Shown one piece after another: positions 26,691 to 39,450 of a stretch of DNA of 64,000 nucleotides (its first letter is position 1; each line of letters begins with the position of its first letter). Position numbers and translations under genes: made by a program. The notes below the pieces were generated by a model that searched no databases, was not told where the DNA came from, and saw only the letters and a list, made by a program, of their open reading frames with translations. Source of the DNA: Raillietiella orientalis (taxonomy: Eukaryota); contig JAYWIR010000010.1 of assembly GCA_036172245.1 (NCBI GenBank), positions 1,054,001 through 1,118,000 on the forward strand. The letters are read 5' to 3'.

Positions 26691-28861
26691 GCGCGGCCAC
26701 ACCGCTGAGGCATCCGTCATGAGGGTGGTTTGCAGCTTGCGAGCACGACTTGGGAAATCGGCCACCGGCTCGTCCGATTTCGGGTGGGCCAACCTTGGCT
26801 GCCACGAAGCCATCTGGGAAGTGCCGAATGCGAGGGGGTGGAGACTCCCTTTGCAGCATCCCTGCTTCCTGATCGTGACCAGGTCGGAAGAGCCATTTTT
26901 CTCGCCTCTCCCTCGGCCTGTCCAGAAAACGAGGAAAATGCTTGTATCTTTGGCATTTTTGTCTTTCCGAAATGGCGACGCCAGGACGCGGTCCGAGCAG
27001 CTCTGTCGCCTTACGAACCGGATGGGAGCGTCGATAGGGAAGGCGAACTCCCTTTCTCTGAGCACGAATGTAAGCACCAGTGATGCGTGCTGATGAAGGC
27101 GAAGTCATGGATCCACATGGGGCAACAAACACGATAAGCGCTGGATGGAAAGGCGCCATATGGTTCTGGCGCCACTGCAACGCTCTTTCTCGTCGCATGG
27201 ACGCTGCCGAAATGAAGGAGGGAGGAAGTTCCTCTTCGGAAATGATGGACATTTTTTCTTCTCCATTCGGGATGCCACCGTCGTGCTTGCCTCTGGGGAA
27301 GGGGGGGGGGATTCTCACACCAAAGAGTTCGAGCAGGCTCGTTTGCAAAATGCCCACGCTTTCGGCACCACCACGGAATTCTAGAATGACATCTTGGAAT
27401 TCTTTCCCTGCAGCTGGGATGCAAAAGGGAGGCAAAATGAAACGAAGAAAGCGGAAGCTGAAACCTATTGGTATATCACCTCCTGCGACACCACCGTATG
27501 TGATCCAACACGGCACCGTTTCAGTGCGTGTTTACCGTGGACAAACAGCATCACGTTCTTCCTCTCAGCATCAGCTGAGAGGAAAATGCCCAGCTCAAGT
27601 CCACCAAACGCCAGCCACCAGCTGCAGGCCTTCGGCGGAAAGTTTCCGACCCGCGGATTTGCCTCGCTCGTCTGGAAGCTTGCAGACGCAAAGAGGTGGC
27701 AGGGAACTACCCGTACCCACGGGGTGGAGTCGAACCCATGGAGGGGGATTAAAATTCCGCAGCATCGGGATGAGAGGGTCCCAGTTTCTTGCGTGCGGAG
27801 AGGCCCGCCGCGGCGCAAACCATTTGCAATCTTCGTGTGAACCTTCCACCTTCACAGGAAAGTCTTTCACTGCGAAGTCGAAACTGCCCGCGGGAAAACT
27901 GCAGGAGAGATGTTCAGAGCTACGCGTTGCTTGTTCAGCATCCGCGGCCACGAGTTCTTCTTTGCTGGGCGGATCCAGAAGTGGCGGGCAGGACTTTGAA
28001 AGAGCAGCTGACCGCGAGCCGCTTTCCACACTCACGCCCCGCCCTTCATCTTACCGAATGGATCCGTGGTTTAACGTCCGAGCACGTGATCGCTCGAAAG
28101 CGACTCACACCGGATCGGACGACTCATATCGTTATGACAGCGCGCTTCGTGTTTTCTCGGGAGTCGTTTCCATGGCAACGCTTTCGGATGCTCCCACTCA
28201 CCTGATCATAACTCTGCATTCAGATGAGCCTTCTTGTCACCAGGCGCTTTCCGCGGTCCTCAGCAGCAGTGTGCCTTTTTTGTTTAATCCATGTCACTTA
28301 CCATGACGAAACGTGTGAACTTACCATGACGAGCCCGTTTCTCTTCACGCGCGCGGAGGCCATCTGTGCCTTCGGCGGTGTTCGAATTGAGTGCACGTGA
28401 TTCCTCGGAATCGACCTGATCGCGGATTTCCCAAGCGAAGAAAGTTTGAAACCCTGCAAGAACGCGGCCAACTTTTCCTTCGAGCTTTTCCTCCGCTGAC
28501 GGTTCCCGCTCGCGGGAACTTTCACTTTCGAACCTCCCCCGAGTGGCTTCGAGCTGCGTGCCGACTTGCACTGCGTCTCTTCAGCGCAGGTTTACCCCTG
28601 ACCCCGCATCCCACTTGAAACCGACATCCATCTCCAGAGGATTACACCTCTGCTTCCGTGCAACGACGCCCCACTCGAGTGAAGAGGTCGGTGCCATGGG
28701 CCTAGTGCAAAGAAAATTCAGACTGACCGCCTCAAGACCAACGCTTCCTGAACCCACTCCCTGAGGCAGAACCCAAGGTTTCGGGACTTCGTCTCGTTGC
28801 CTCACAAAGTTCTGGAACGCTGTCCGCGCCACCCGAGGGTGCGTGTCACTCTTCATATTGT

Positions 28862-29555
28862 AAGGAGAAATCCTGGAGGAACCACCCCATGAATCCAGAA
28901 ATGCTCCGGAGGAAGCAGTCCGCTACTCTCACGCTTGGTAGGGGAGCGCTGAAGGCAACCCTCGCTCTGGTTCTTTGAGGAAAAACCCTCCGTGGCGACG
29001 CGCGGGTGCGGGGAATGCTAGGGACCCATCCTTATTCTCTGCGGAAGGACCTCCTCAGGTTTGTAGGGGTCGCTCTTCATTTCTTCTCCGAAGGGAACCC
29101 AGAAAGGATCCGCTCCTGGAATTTCTTTTCCGGAGGGACCCCCCGGAAAAGATCCGTTCCTTCCTTCCTCCTCTGAAGAGAGTCCCGAAGGAACGCTTCC
29201 CAATTTCTCTGAAAGGGTCGCTCCCGGAAGGGACCAGCACGCTTCTAAACACTCTGGAGAGCCAACCCCGAGGGGGAAATCAACCAGCTCCACGGGAACG
29301 CGACAGCCCCATTTTCACGATTGGAGAGGAACCTCGAAGGAGTCCTTGATGTCCTGGAAGGATCCTGGAGAGTCGACTTCTACTCCCGGCCGGTCAACGG
29401 GGACATCCGGGGGCTTCCATTAGTGCACTCGAATACCTCAGCCAGCGTTCCCCGTTCTCGGCGCCTAGCCTCCCTCCCCCCTCGTGGGATTCGAACCCGC
29501 GACGCTTGGTGCCGCAGCCTGACGACCGCCGACGCGGACCACGTGACTGCGTCTC
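28862..29555 (-). mobile_element. tRNA-headed SINE-like element, longest copy (~690 bp)
   Basis: Pol III B-box GGTTCGAATCC in the head (plus strand ggattcgaacc at ~29487-29497), followed by a body matching the copies at 13020-13420 and 51725-52310. Confidence 0.75.
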
Positions 29556-32078
29556 CTTCATGTGACGTAGAACAGATTGATGCTCTCCCAAGCTCAAGTG
29601 AAAAAGGCGAACTCTTGGGGTAGTCAGAAGTGAAGCCTGTCGTCCCTCGAGTCCCCACCCGGCTCCTCCAAGCTGCAGGGGAGGAGACCAAGGAGAAGCT
29701 TTTGCATCATTTCGTAAAATAATGGATCTCGAAATGAGAAGCTTTGATTTGTGAATTGCTGGTTGATCGATTCCTTCCCGGCAGCTCCCCTCAGCGCCTC
29801 TGTGACTGTGGAGGTGTCCGTTGCTTTACTGCGGTCGACGTTCTTATCCCCTGAGCGTATTCGGCTGCAGCCCTTCCGCCGGACCATCTGCAGTCCTCCG
29901 TGCGGAGCATCGCAGTTCCGGTGCTGCACAGCTGGCCGTCGGAAGCGCCCGCCCCCTTGCACCTCCGAAGGGAAAAAAGAACACCTCCCCAATCCCTTTC
30001 TTGGGAAGAGTCACCCTTCGGTCACTCTTACTGCCCCTCCAGCGTGTCTGCCGTTTTTGCTCGGCCTCTGCTCGAAGGGACGGCGAAGAGTGGCCGGTCG
30101 CTTGCGAGCTGAGACTCGTCGTTCTGCCCAGATGCCACGACCGGAGGCCGGGTCGTCCGAGGCATCGCGCGCACACCGGTCCACACCGGATTCGCGGCCC
30201 CCTCGCGCGACCCCTAGCCCTGCTGCCCACTAGCAGAGATGGGTCGAGAGGCCGGTGGACCGAGCCGAGCACGCGCACACTCCCACGCAAGGTGTGTGAA
30301 AAATGCCAGGAAAAAAAAATATAAGACAGACACGCATCTCACCTGGAAGTAACCAAGGAAACGCCGAGTGCTTCCCGGGGGTGGCGGCGTCACTCGCAGG
30401 GTGGAGGTCCGGTGCATGAGGCAAGCGCAGGAGAGGACGCGGCTGCTCCCAAGTCTGGCAGCGGAAAGGAGGCGAAGTATGGGAACGCTCACGAAGGGCG
30501 GAGACACGGGAAGGACGAGTCAGAAGGGATGGAAGGCGAGTAGCGAATGCACCCGCGCCCTGCGTCACCCGGGCGCGGGCACCTCTGGCGAGCCGGTGTC
30601 GATGACGGCGGGGACCGACTTGGGAGGCCGGTCTCCCGGTGCATTCGCCGCCCGCCCGTCACACTGGAAGCACCCCGACCGCGGCGGCCGGTACTTGGAA
30701 GGACAAGGAAGTGGTCTGGAAGGGCGCTCAGTGCGGTCCCTTCTGCCCGATCACCCCGCTTGGCCAGAGGAAATTTCCTCCCGCTCCCCTACCATCCCCT
30801 GCATCCCCCTTTTTTGTGTGTGTTCATGCCGCAGCTTCGAGCTCCCGGACCGGTCACTTCTCCGTAACCTTTGGCCTTTCGCCGCCGTTGCCGCCACGCC
30901 GGTCGGCTTGCCACCTTCCACCGCCCGTCGGCGGTAAGGCAACCCTCCTTGCGGGTTGGTCCCGAAGGGATGTTCCGCGCATCCCGCGCAGCTGGTCGGA
31001 TCCCGGACGGGATGCCCTCTCTTCTGAGACCCAGGACGCGCTACTCTTCACTCTTTTCGCCGCAGCAGCGGGGGCAGAGTTCTGCGGACGGCTGGAGGAC
31101 AGGTGTAAGTTGGCACGTGGGGGTCTTCCTGGCAGCCAGCAGGACTGCAGTTTCGAAGAGAAAGCGCGCTCGTGGCTGGCGATGCCACTTGCGTGTTCCT
31201 CGCTTTCAGGCTCGCGCGCGTTCGCGCCTCCTCGGACAGTGGTCCAAAGAGGGCGCGAACCTAGCGAGGGAGAAGGTTCCTCCTTCGCTAGGCGCCCGAA
31301 ACGCAACCGGGTCGAGGAGCCGGTGTCAACGCTTCGGGCTGCTGCCGATCCGGAGACAAAGGATGGTCACGATCCCCCCTTGAATGGACACCTCGATCCC
31401 GGAGCCGTTGGCCTTCGCGGGCTGCCCCGCGCCATCCTGAAATTTGCCCTCCAGCCGCTGCCTCCTTCGGGGCGTTGCACACGATCGCCTGCCGGATCAC
31501 CATGGAAACCTGTTCTTCCAGAGAGCACGCTTGTGCGAGCGGAGCCGGAGGTCGATTTCGCCCGCAGGAAGGTTCCTTCATTTTCGCCGTGAGGATCCCC
31601 CGCTCAGCGGCCGCATCCCTGGAAGGCGCCGCCAGATGTTGCTCTCCTTGACCCTTGGGGGAAAGCGGAGCCTGGACAGCACTCAGAGCACCGGCGACCG
31701 GCAGAGTTTCCAGCAAGGACGCCGACTCTCCCCTGCCGCGGTTCAGAGGGGTTTTGTGGCGGGAGTGCTCTCGAAGAGAGCTCTATGGGCAGAGAGGGAT
31801 CGAGGAGAAAGGTGGGAGGGAGCCCCTTCTGCCTCCCACCTGCCGATAGGCTCCTCTCGGGCATCGAGGTCGCCTCGGGGGAAGTCCGAGCGTCCGCCTG
31901 CTCCTTGCGTCCTCGTCTACTCGGCCCTGGTCTCCATTGCTACCTCCCTCGTGACCCTCCTGAGCCGACCAGCGACCCCTTTCACCTCCCCGAGTGCCCC
32001 AGGGAGGGTCTGTGGACCTGCCCTTTGGGTGGGGCCGGCGGATTTTTCCTGCAAAGGGCGGGACACCGTCAGGCGCTC

Positions 32079-32084
32079 TTTATT
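32079..32084 (-). terminator. Candidate polyadenylation signal of Tlx
   Basis: AATAAA on the minus strand about 80 nt downstream of the stop codon; motif only. Confidence 0.35.
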
Positions 32085-32165
32085 TCGATATCTGCTCCCG
32101 AGGAAGTCTTCTCTGAAGCGAGCCTTTGCCGGTGAGATCAGTGCCGCGGGGGGTCGTCGTAGCCG

Positions 32166-32424
32166 TCAGCACAGGGACGCGGCGATCGTCGCCGTCATGG
32201 GCAAGAAAGGGTTGGAGATAGGAGAACCCACCACGTCCTTCTTGGAGGACCAAGGCTGCAGGTTCTGGAGAGCGCTCAAGGAGGAATTGCTGACAACCAG
32301 CGGGTCCCTGCCTCCCTCCAGGTGGTTCGGAAACATTCCCTTTGACATGGCCTCGACCTGGAGCGTCATCATGAAGCGGTTGGCGGCTTGGCGCTCGGCC
32401 TCCCTTTCCTCCGCGGTCTGCCGT
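32166..32424 (-). CDS. Tlx: Tlx/Hox11 (C15/clawless) homeobox gene, coding exon 3
   Basis: Acceptor ...ccctttccAG; encodes [25 protein letters not shown]...[13 protein letters not shown]...ASLC then TGA (32168-32166), both conserved Tlx C-terminal blocks; 259 nt. Exons sum to 972 nt = 323 aa plus stop. Confidence 0.95.
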
Positions 32425-33699
32425 CTGGAAAGGGCAAAGGGCTTGTGAATCTCGGCAACCGGGAACTTGGGGAGCGGGTGAAAGGTGGGTTTCTGCAGAC
32501 GAAGCCATTCCGTTGAAGTAGGCAGACCAACTCAGCTCCCCCTTTCCGCTTTCCCGGAGGGAGTGACTCCGTCCTCTCTTCGTCGAAGGCTCGCTGAAGA
32601 CTTCCCCGGGAAGAACGCGCGCTTCCTGCTCGAGAGGAGGACGGGGCCCGTTCCCTCCCAGGAGGTGACTTTCAGGAGAGCCAGCGCACTCTCCGGATTC
32701 TCCAGGGAAGATTTCGTCCGGAGCGACCTTCGCCCCTCCGACCTTCCTCCTTCCCTGCGCGCTGGCAGAGGGTGCGAGGAAGCAGGGTGCGACCAGGGAG
32801 GGCTTCCTTCCATCGCCCGCGAGCTGCTCATCTCTCGAGACGCGGATCCCCGTCGAGATCTTCGGTGGTGCTACCCCGCGCTCGCAGGGAAGACATGGGG
32901 GTCCCTCCGGCGAGACCACGACCCCCTCGCCGCCTGCTGCTGCTCTTCTGAATAGTCCCTTTGGTCGCCTGCGGACTCGGACGGGCTTTCTTCCGTCACT
33001 CGAAACGCAGACGGACACGAACCAGCAAGAGAACCCTTCTGGCGCCGCTGCGGGAGCCTCGCTCTTCCCTGAACGCCACGGGCAGCAGGAAGCGAGCCGT
33101 CTTCCGCGCGCTCCTCGGGCGGCAACTGCGTGGCGAATCAGAATCGTCGCGCTGCGCTTCCCGTCCAATGGCGCGTCGGCACGCATGGCTGAGGACGCTC
33201 GCGATTTCCGGAGGCTCTTAGGCTACTCCTGCGCCTGCTGCGCCGAGGCGCTCCCGATGACGACGTGCCGCGCACCATCGCTCCTTCCTGTTCCTCAGGC
33301 CCCCGCGTTCGGGCTTCTTTGCTTGCCGACCGGTTCGCCCGCTCGCGCCAGCTGCGACCGCTTGCGGACGCGGCTGAAGGCACCCAGACGCGCGCTTCTG
33401 GCTCGCGGGCCGTCTCTCTCTGCCGGCGCCCCTTGAGGGGAGCCCCTCGTCCTCCGGGAGCGCTCTTGTTGGCCCGCGTGCAGAAGGAGGGCGCGCGCGT
33501 ACGAGTCGATTCCCATCCTCCTGCCCGCCGCCGTGAGCGGCTCGCGGTCGAAGAGAGAGGAGGATCCGAAATGGCGGCGGCGGCGGAGCCACTCAGAGAG
33601 GGAGGGGGAGGTCGCTCGCCGGGCGATAAAAAAGGCAGGGCCTCCAATGACGAAGCGCGGCCGTGAGTCTGCGGGAGCATCTCCCACAGGAAACCAGAG

Positions 33700-34005
33700 C
33701 GAAGGACGAGGTGGAGCAGGGAAAGGAGGAGGAAAAAAGAAGGGAGGAAGGGAAGAGGAGGAGGAAGAGGAAGAAGGATGGAAGAGAAGGGAACAACAAA
33801 AAGTGGGGGAGGAAGGGAAGAGGAGGAGGAAGGGTAAAGGAGGAAGGAGAAGAGGTAAAGGAGGTAGAGGAGGTGGAAGAGGAAGGGAAGGAGGAAGGAA
33901 AAAGATAAGGAGGCGGAAGGGAAAAGGAGGAGGGTGAGGAGGGAAAAAAAGAAGAAAAGGTGGAGGTGGAGGAGGAAGGGAAGAAGAAAAGGAGGGGGAA
34001 GGTTA
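33700..34005. repeat. Polypurine (GA-rich) low-complexity tract in Tlx intron 2
   Basis: About 300 nt of almost exclusively G and A on the plus strand. Confidence 0.9.
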
Positions 34006-34199
34006 TCCCGAATGAATATTTCATGCTTTCCATGGCACTCTTCTTTTCTAAAGATCCGAAATGGGTCCTGAATTATGCAGGAGCCTGTCTTTCACAACTG
34101 CCATCCTCAGGAAATTTGTCTTCATCGCATTGCCGGCCCGAAATGCTCTTCGGGCCGCCTGTTCTGTGGAGCCAGTGGAACGCGGCGCGAAGCCAAACA

Positions 34200-34420
34200 A
34201 ATCCCTACGTTCCCTGCTATTTAATCCCGTGACGCGAGGTCATTAAAAGCCTTTTAGGTTCTCATGGGCTGTGGCCATGAATTTTTAATCGGCTGCTCCC
34301 ATTGAACTGCAGAAACGACTTTCCAGGGAAGATTTCCCTGCAGCCGGAGGTCTCCCAATGAAGAAAAATGGCGGTCGTGCCTGCTTTTTTCATTGAATTA
34401 ACGAAGGGAGATTAAAAAAG
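34200..34420. promoter_or_regulatory. Candidate intronic enhancer (Tlx intron 2)
   Basis: Cluster of homeodomain-type cores: TTTAATCCC, TCATTAAA, TTTAATCG, GAATTAAC, GATTAAA. Motif evidence only. Confidence 0.3.
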
Positions 34421-34877
34421 GAGAAAACGGTCGCTGCGACGGAGCGCTGGATGATGCCCGCTCCCTCTCTCGGGCCCTTCGGAGACATAGCGCATCTCCC
34501 TTCCCTCTCTGCGGACGGCCGAGCGATCCTCCGGAGGAGGCCACCGGCTCCCGGCCCCCATGCGAAGGTTCCGCAGCCCGGTGGTCGACTAGCGCCCCTT
34601 CGCGCTTCCAAGACCGACGCCCCTCTCTCCGGGCGAAGGGCACTTGGGCCCCCTGGAGGAGACTTCCCATCCTCGCAGACCTCCCCCTCTGCCCCCTTCT
34701 CTTCCCCCGAATGCGTCGCCGAAGTCGCACCAAGTTCTCGGAGAAACGTCCGCCGAGAGCGATCGGGATTTCGGAAACAGATGCAGGGAAGAGCATCCGC
34801 TGAGGACACGGGCGGAGTGGGCGTGCGTGCGCATTCTCACCAGCAGGCTTTCCTCAAAAGCGCCCGAGGCCACTGAC

Positions 34878-35106
34878 CTCCATTTCGTCCTCCTGTTTTG
34901 GAACCAGGTTTTTACTTGAGCGTCCGTCATCTTGAGATTCTTTGCCAGGGAAGCCCTCTCCGCTGAAGCCAGGTATTTCTGCTTATGGAACCTTTTCTCC
35001 AGCTCTCCGATCTGCACCCGGGTGAAAGAAGTCCTCGGCTTCTTTCGCTTAGGAGGAGTCCGGTTCTGATAAGGATGGCCGATCCGGCGGTTCATGGCGA
35101 AGGGGA
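34878..35106 (-). CDS. Tlx: Tlx/Hox11 (C15/clawless) homeobox gene, coding exon 2 (most of the homeodomain)
   Basis: Acceptor ...gtcttttctacAG; encodes [76 protein letters not shown], with the Tlx-typical [10 protein letters not shown] arm and Thr47 (VKTWFQN); donor GTCAGT (phase 2); 229 nt. Confidence 0.97.
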
Positions 35107-36449
35107 CTGTAGAAAAGACAAAGGTCAAGGGCGGTGCTTAGGCAACGGCCAGGCTCGGTTAACAAAAGCCTCTAGTAGCCTTCTAATGCAGAAGACTGGT
35201 CGCATGCACCGCGAGCAAGCACTAGCGGGGCCCCAGTCGCGAGGAAACTCCCCCCAGAAGAAAGAGATACGCAGTGGAATAGAGGACGAGCCCTCCTCGA
35301 AAGGGCCACTGAGTTTGCGCGCCATCGAGATGGTCCAAGGGCCTTCCGGCGTTTGAGTCTCGTCTCTCAGATCGCGCGCTTCTTGCGGAACGCGGTGAAG
35401 ACGGAATGCTCTCAGCGCTGCTTTCAGACGTCTTTGCTTTAGTGCGCGCAACTCCTTCGTGGGATGAGAGCGCCGGTCAGCTGCTGCACTTCTTCGTGCC
35501 GGGAGCGTTCCTGCGTTTCTTTCACCCCGCACAGATGCTGCAAGCACTTTTCAACCAAAGCGAAAGACAGTCAGGCAAAGCAACGCCCCCGGAACAGCTT
35601 CCCCTCTGGGAAAAGACCTCTCTTCGGTTGAGAGCTCTTATTTCTCGCGCGCGTCTCCGCTCCTCCAGACATTGCAGCTGACCCCCTCTTCGGGGTCCTG
35701 ATCCTCTTTCTCCTCTTGAGAGCATCCGCATGCGATGTCCCTCATCCACGTGTCGGATGTTCAGATCGAACTTCTGCGCTGCCATCTCGCGGCAAGTGAA
35801 CATCCGCCGGCGCAGCATGGGACAGCTGGCTACGCTCGGAATTCCTCCCCGTCGCTCAGGAAACCTCAACTTCCGCCTCCCGGAATCAGGAGTCTCGAGC
35901 GGGAGCCGAAAGCTCAGCGTTGGGGAATTGCGGGGACTCGCCAAGTCGCGGGGAATGAGCTGTGACTTCACGGGTCCGGCCTGCGTGAATTCCATCGAGC
36001 AGCTCGAGCAAGGAAAGTGGAGAACCGGGAGTGGAGTGGGAAAACAGCGGCAAGCACTTGAACGGGCTCTCTGGAAGCGCGATGAAGACGACCCAAAGTT
36101 CGGAAGGGACTGCCTTGGGGAGATGCGGGTGCCATCCACATCCCGGTTGCAAACTCATGCAAGGGGGTGAGTGGCGCTCCCAGAACGCCGGGGCAGGGAC
36201 TCTCCGCGCGTCTCGCGAGTCCTTTCGCTGCTGAGTGCGTCCTCACCTCATCTTTGCTCCCATCCTTCGTCTCTTTCCCCAAACACGGCTGCCGCCGCAC
36301 TCAAAGCATTCAGGATCTCAAGGACGGACCCTTTGCGGCTCGAGAGACTTCCCCTTTGAGCGCGGTCGCTCCTTATTCCGGCGCGGGTCAAAGCTGCGGC
36401 TGCTGCGAGGGAGATTCGCGGAGATCGAAAAGAGCTGCTGCTTGATCCG

Positions 36450-37150
36450 GGGATGCTCGGTTGGAACTCTGCAAGGTCCTGGCGCCATTCTGGAGCGCTT
36501 GAGCTGGCGTCGGAACCTCAGCCCTGACAGCTGCCATCAGAATGAACTCGGCGTGTCTTCCAGCATTCTCATCGCAAAGAGTTCTGCCTCAGGCGCCTCC
36601 CTGGTCCACGAGACTACCCATCTCTTCCATTCCATGAACCACATCTCCAATCACCTAGCGGACGGCTGCGCGATCTTCAGCAACCTCATTTGTTTTCCAT
36701 GTAGCAGTGCACTGCTTCGCACGCCCCCAGTGTACTTTATACGGGAGAAGTGATCTTTCGGAAGGAAAATGCCTGTATCCGCCATCTGATCCCAACCACT
36801 CTGCGCTCAGATGGGATGACGCGTTGGGTTTGTCTCAATTCTGCACGGAACGCGCACTCCTGGCGCATCCGCTCGGGGATTCCTGAGTGGACGCGCCGAG
36901 AAATGGCTACGGGACGGTCGCGGATGCTGGTTGTATCTTTCCGTCGAGCGCAGTGCCCTTGTCTCTGGACAAACTCCATCACCAGCCGTGCGGTTGGAGG
37001 AAGAGACTCATACGATCTGGTGCCCAATGGGTAAACTATCCCACAGTGATCAGTCCCAAGCTGGACAAATACCCCCGGTGAAGAAGGGGGAGAAGGAGCA
37101 AGGGAAGACATCGAGCAATCCCGGGTCCTCCTGTTCCCTTGCGTGCCGAG
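36450..37150 (-). mobile_element. Decayed RTE-like RT relic in Tlx intron 1
   Basis: VIPSERRVVGIRWRIQAFSFRKI (cf. IxSDGxxxxEIxxRIxxAWxxFRKL), VVHGMEE (cf. LLYGxExW), ELFAMRML (cf. xFEMRML) in order; weak. Confidence 0.3.
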
Positions 37151-37599
37151 ATTTCTGTGAGCGCAACGGTGACACCTCGGAGGGAGCTTTTCTGAACTCG
37201 GGATGGTTGGATGAAATCTGCTTTGCTTCGGATGCATAGCTTCCCAACGTCACTTCTACTCTTCGTCTGGACCGATTGGCGACGAAATTCCCCAGGCAGC
37301 TCGTCTGATCTCCAGTGGCAAATGACGGCTCGCTAGATGAAATCAGTTCTCCCTTCCCCAACCTCCCACCAGAGGAAAAAAAAAAGGGGAACAACGAAAG
37401 AAAAAGAAAATGGCGGCGGACGTGAAGCTTGCGTATCTGCTTTCTCTCCGCGCACCTTTCCGAGGGACTCCGCGGATCGCTGCGCTGGCGCGCCGCCAGC
37501 AGCGAGAAAGGGAGGCTCCGATCTTCCATCGAAAGGGGGCTCCACTTCCGATGTTTGTCCTTCGATCCTTCCTGTGTGCCGTTTCAGCTGGATGGACCC

Positions 37600-38010
37600 T
37601 CGGTATTAATAGCTTCGCAAACAAATAATAATCAAGTAGTAACGCGATCTAATCTCTTTCTCAGAGTTGGCGCTTCCTCTCCGCTCCCGGAGCGAACCTG
37701 GCGCGACTCCTGCAATAACTCTTTACCCCCTATCAATCATCGGGGCTACCTTATCATTTGCTTCTCCTCTTCGGCAATTTGGGCCTGACAGCCTTCTGGA
37801 GACGGAACCCAGAGGACAGCGCGGAACGGCGGATATTCTTTTCAATAAATGGATCCTGCTAATAAATAATTGCGGGGTAGCTGGTGACAGAGCGAGACAC
37901 CCTTAGAGCGCACGGCACCCCCGTCCTTTGCGTCTTTTTCTAAACACAGTGGACGGGAAGGATGTCGGTGTCTTTGAAAGAATTCTATTACCACCTGATT
38001 AGAGGCAGAC
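37600..38010. promoter_or_regulatory. Candidate intronic enhancer (Tlx intron 1)
   Basis: ATCAATCA (Pbx-like), TGACAG (Meis/Hth-like), CTTTGAA (TCF-like), TTATCA (GATA) and several TAAT cores within 400 bp. Motif evidence only. Confidence 0.35.
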
Positions 38011-39178
38011 TTACGAGCTGGTGCCCGGCGGACCACGCAAACAATCCCTGTCTCTCCAGCCTCCTTGAGAGCGGACAATTTCGGGGCGCGCAATGGCGGC
38101 GGGTGTGGGTTTTCGGGGCGTTCGCCGTAGCCGCCCCTGTTCGCTTTTTGGTGTGCGCATGCACTTACCCCCTGCTCCTACTATTTTTGTTTTTGTTTTT
38201 GTTTTGTTTTTTGGCGGGACGGCTTGCACCCTTCTGAGGTGCGCGGAGGAATGGGACGGAGGAAGCGCGAAGACCACGAAGACAGCCGCACAGTCCTCCT
38301 GGAGCTGCGCGCGGGAGGGAGTGGACGCTCCCGTTTCGCAGGGGAGGTTTGGACGGAAATGCCTCCCCCTCCACCCCCATTCCCCCACGCAGAGAGAGCG
38401 GTGAACGGCGGGTTCCCTTTGCGAGGGAACCCCACGACCCCGGGAAGCTGCAAAGGATCCTCGTACGCCTCCAGGAGACTGACCCTTTTTCGAGCCCTCC
38501 TCTTTTCCCGGGTGGAACCACCTGCGGACGGAAGAGTGTCCGCGTGTAACGGCGGCTAAACCGAGAAGCGCCTATCGCGAATCCGAACGCAGCTGGCGAC
38601 ATTTGACCTCCTTCGCTCTCCCCTCCCCCCCTTTCTTCGTCAGGATGAGCCGAGCTTGACCCCCTCCGGATTACGGGGCCGGACCCTCCCACCTCCTCGT
38701 GATGGCACACCCTCCCCCGCCTCGCGCTCCTGCTCAGAAGACCGCAGAGCGCTTCCCCCTGTGACCTGCTGCAGGCTGCGGCGTGTTTTCCTGCCCTCCT
38801 CTTTCCCGCTTCCATCCCAACGGCCCATCCTGTCCTCGTGTGGAGGGAACCGCTTGCGTTCGACCACAGTGGCTGCCTTTCCTGTGGGTTCGCCTCTCGA
38901 GCCGACGAGGTTGCCGCCCGGAACACTGGAGCGGTCCGCGAAGCATCATCCCCAGGACCGTTCGAAAGGGCGCGCATCACGAGGTCGCGGACGTCCGACC
39001 TTCCTAGCGCAGGAGCCGCTCTGAGCTCCTCATCCCTCCCCTGTCTGGGCACGTGGGCGACCGAAGGGCGCACACCCTCACCTTTCTCGGATTTCGCGGG
39101 ATTTCCTGCGCCTGGAGCGACCGGAACCAGGGAACGGCGGGTCAGCTAACTGGGGTGCCGGCGACTATCTGCTCTTAC

Positions 39179-39450
39179 CTCTCCCGCCACCCCGTTGCCT
39201 CCGCGAAGCGCTTAGAGCGCCGCTTCGACAAGGCGCAGCGGAGCCGGACCTGAGCGAGCCGCCGCGTCGAAAGAGAGCGAGACCATCGGGGGGACCATCA
39301 CCATGTGGGACCAGGGCAAGTGTACCGTCGAGCCCTCGGCCAGCTGGGGCGAGACCGCAGAGAGGGACAAGAAGAAGGAGGAACGAGAGGCCGCCCCCAG
39401 ACCCGCCTTGCCGCTCGTCAACCTCCCCCCCTTCCTTCGGAATCACCATA
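39179..39450 (+). pseudogene. Possible decayed NK-class homeobox nested antisense in Tlx intron 1
   Basis: LSRHPV...LERRFDKAQR / DLSEPPR / TIGGTIT-MWDQGK across two frameshifts, then PRPALPLV; 39 of the first 44 codons from ATG 39303 end in G/C. Confidence 0.3.

Noticed and set aside
34589..34877. Read-through of the homeobox ORF past KWR
   Set aside because: A GT donor follows at 34877 and the conserved RQTAEE continuation is found at 32424.
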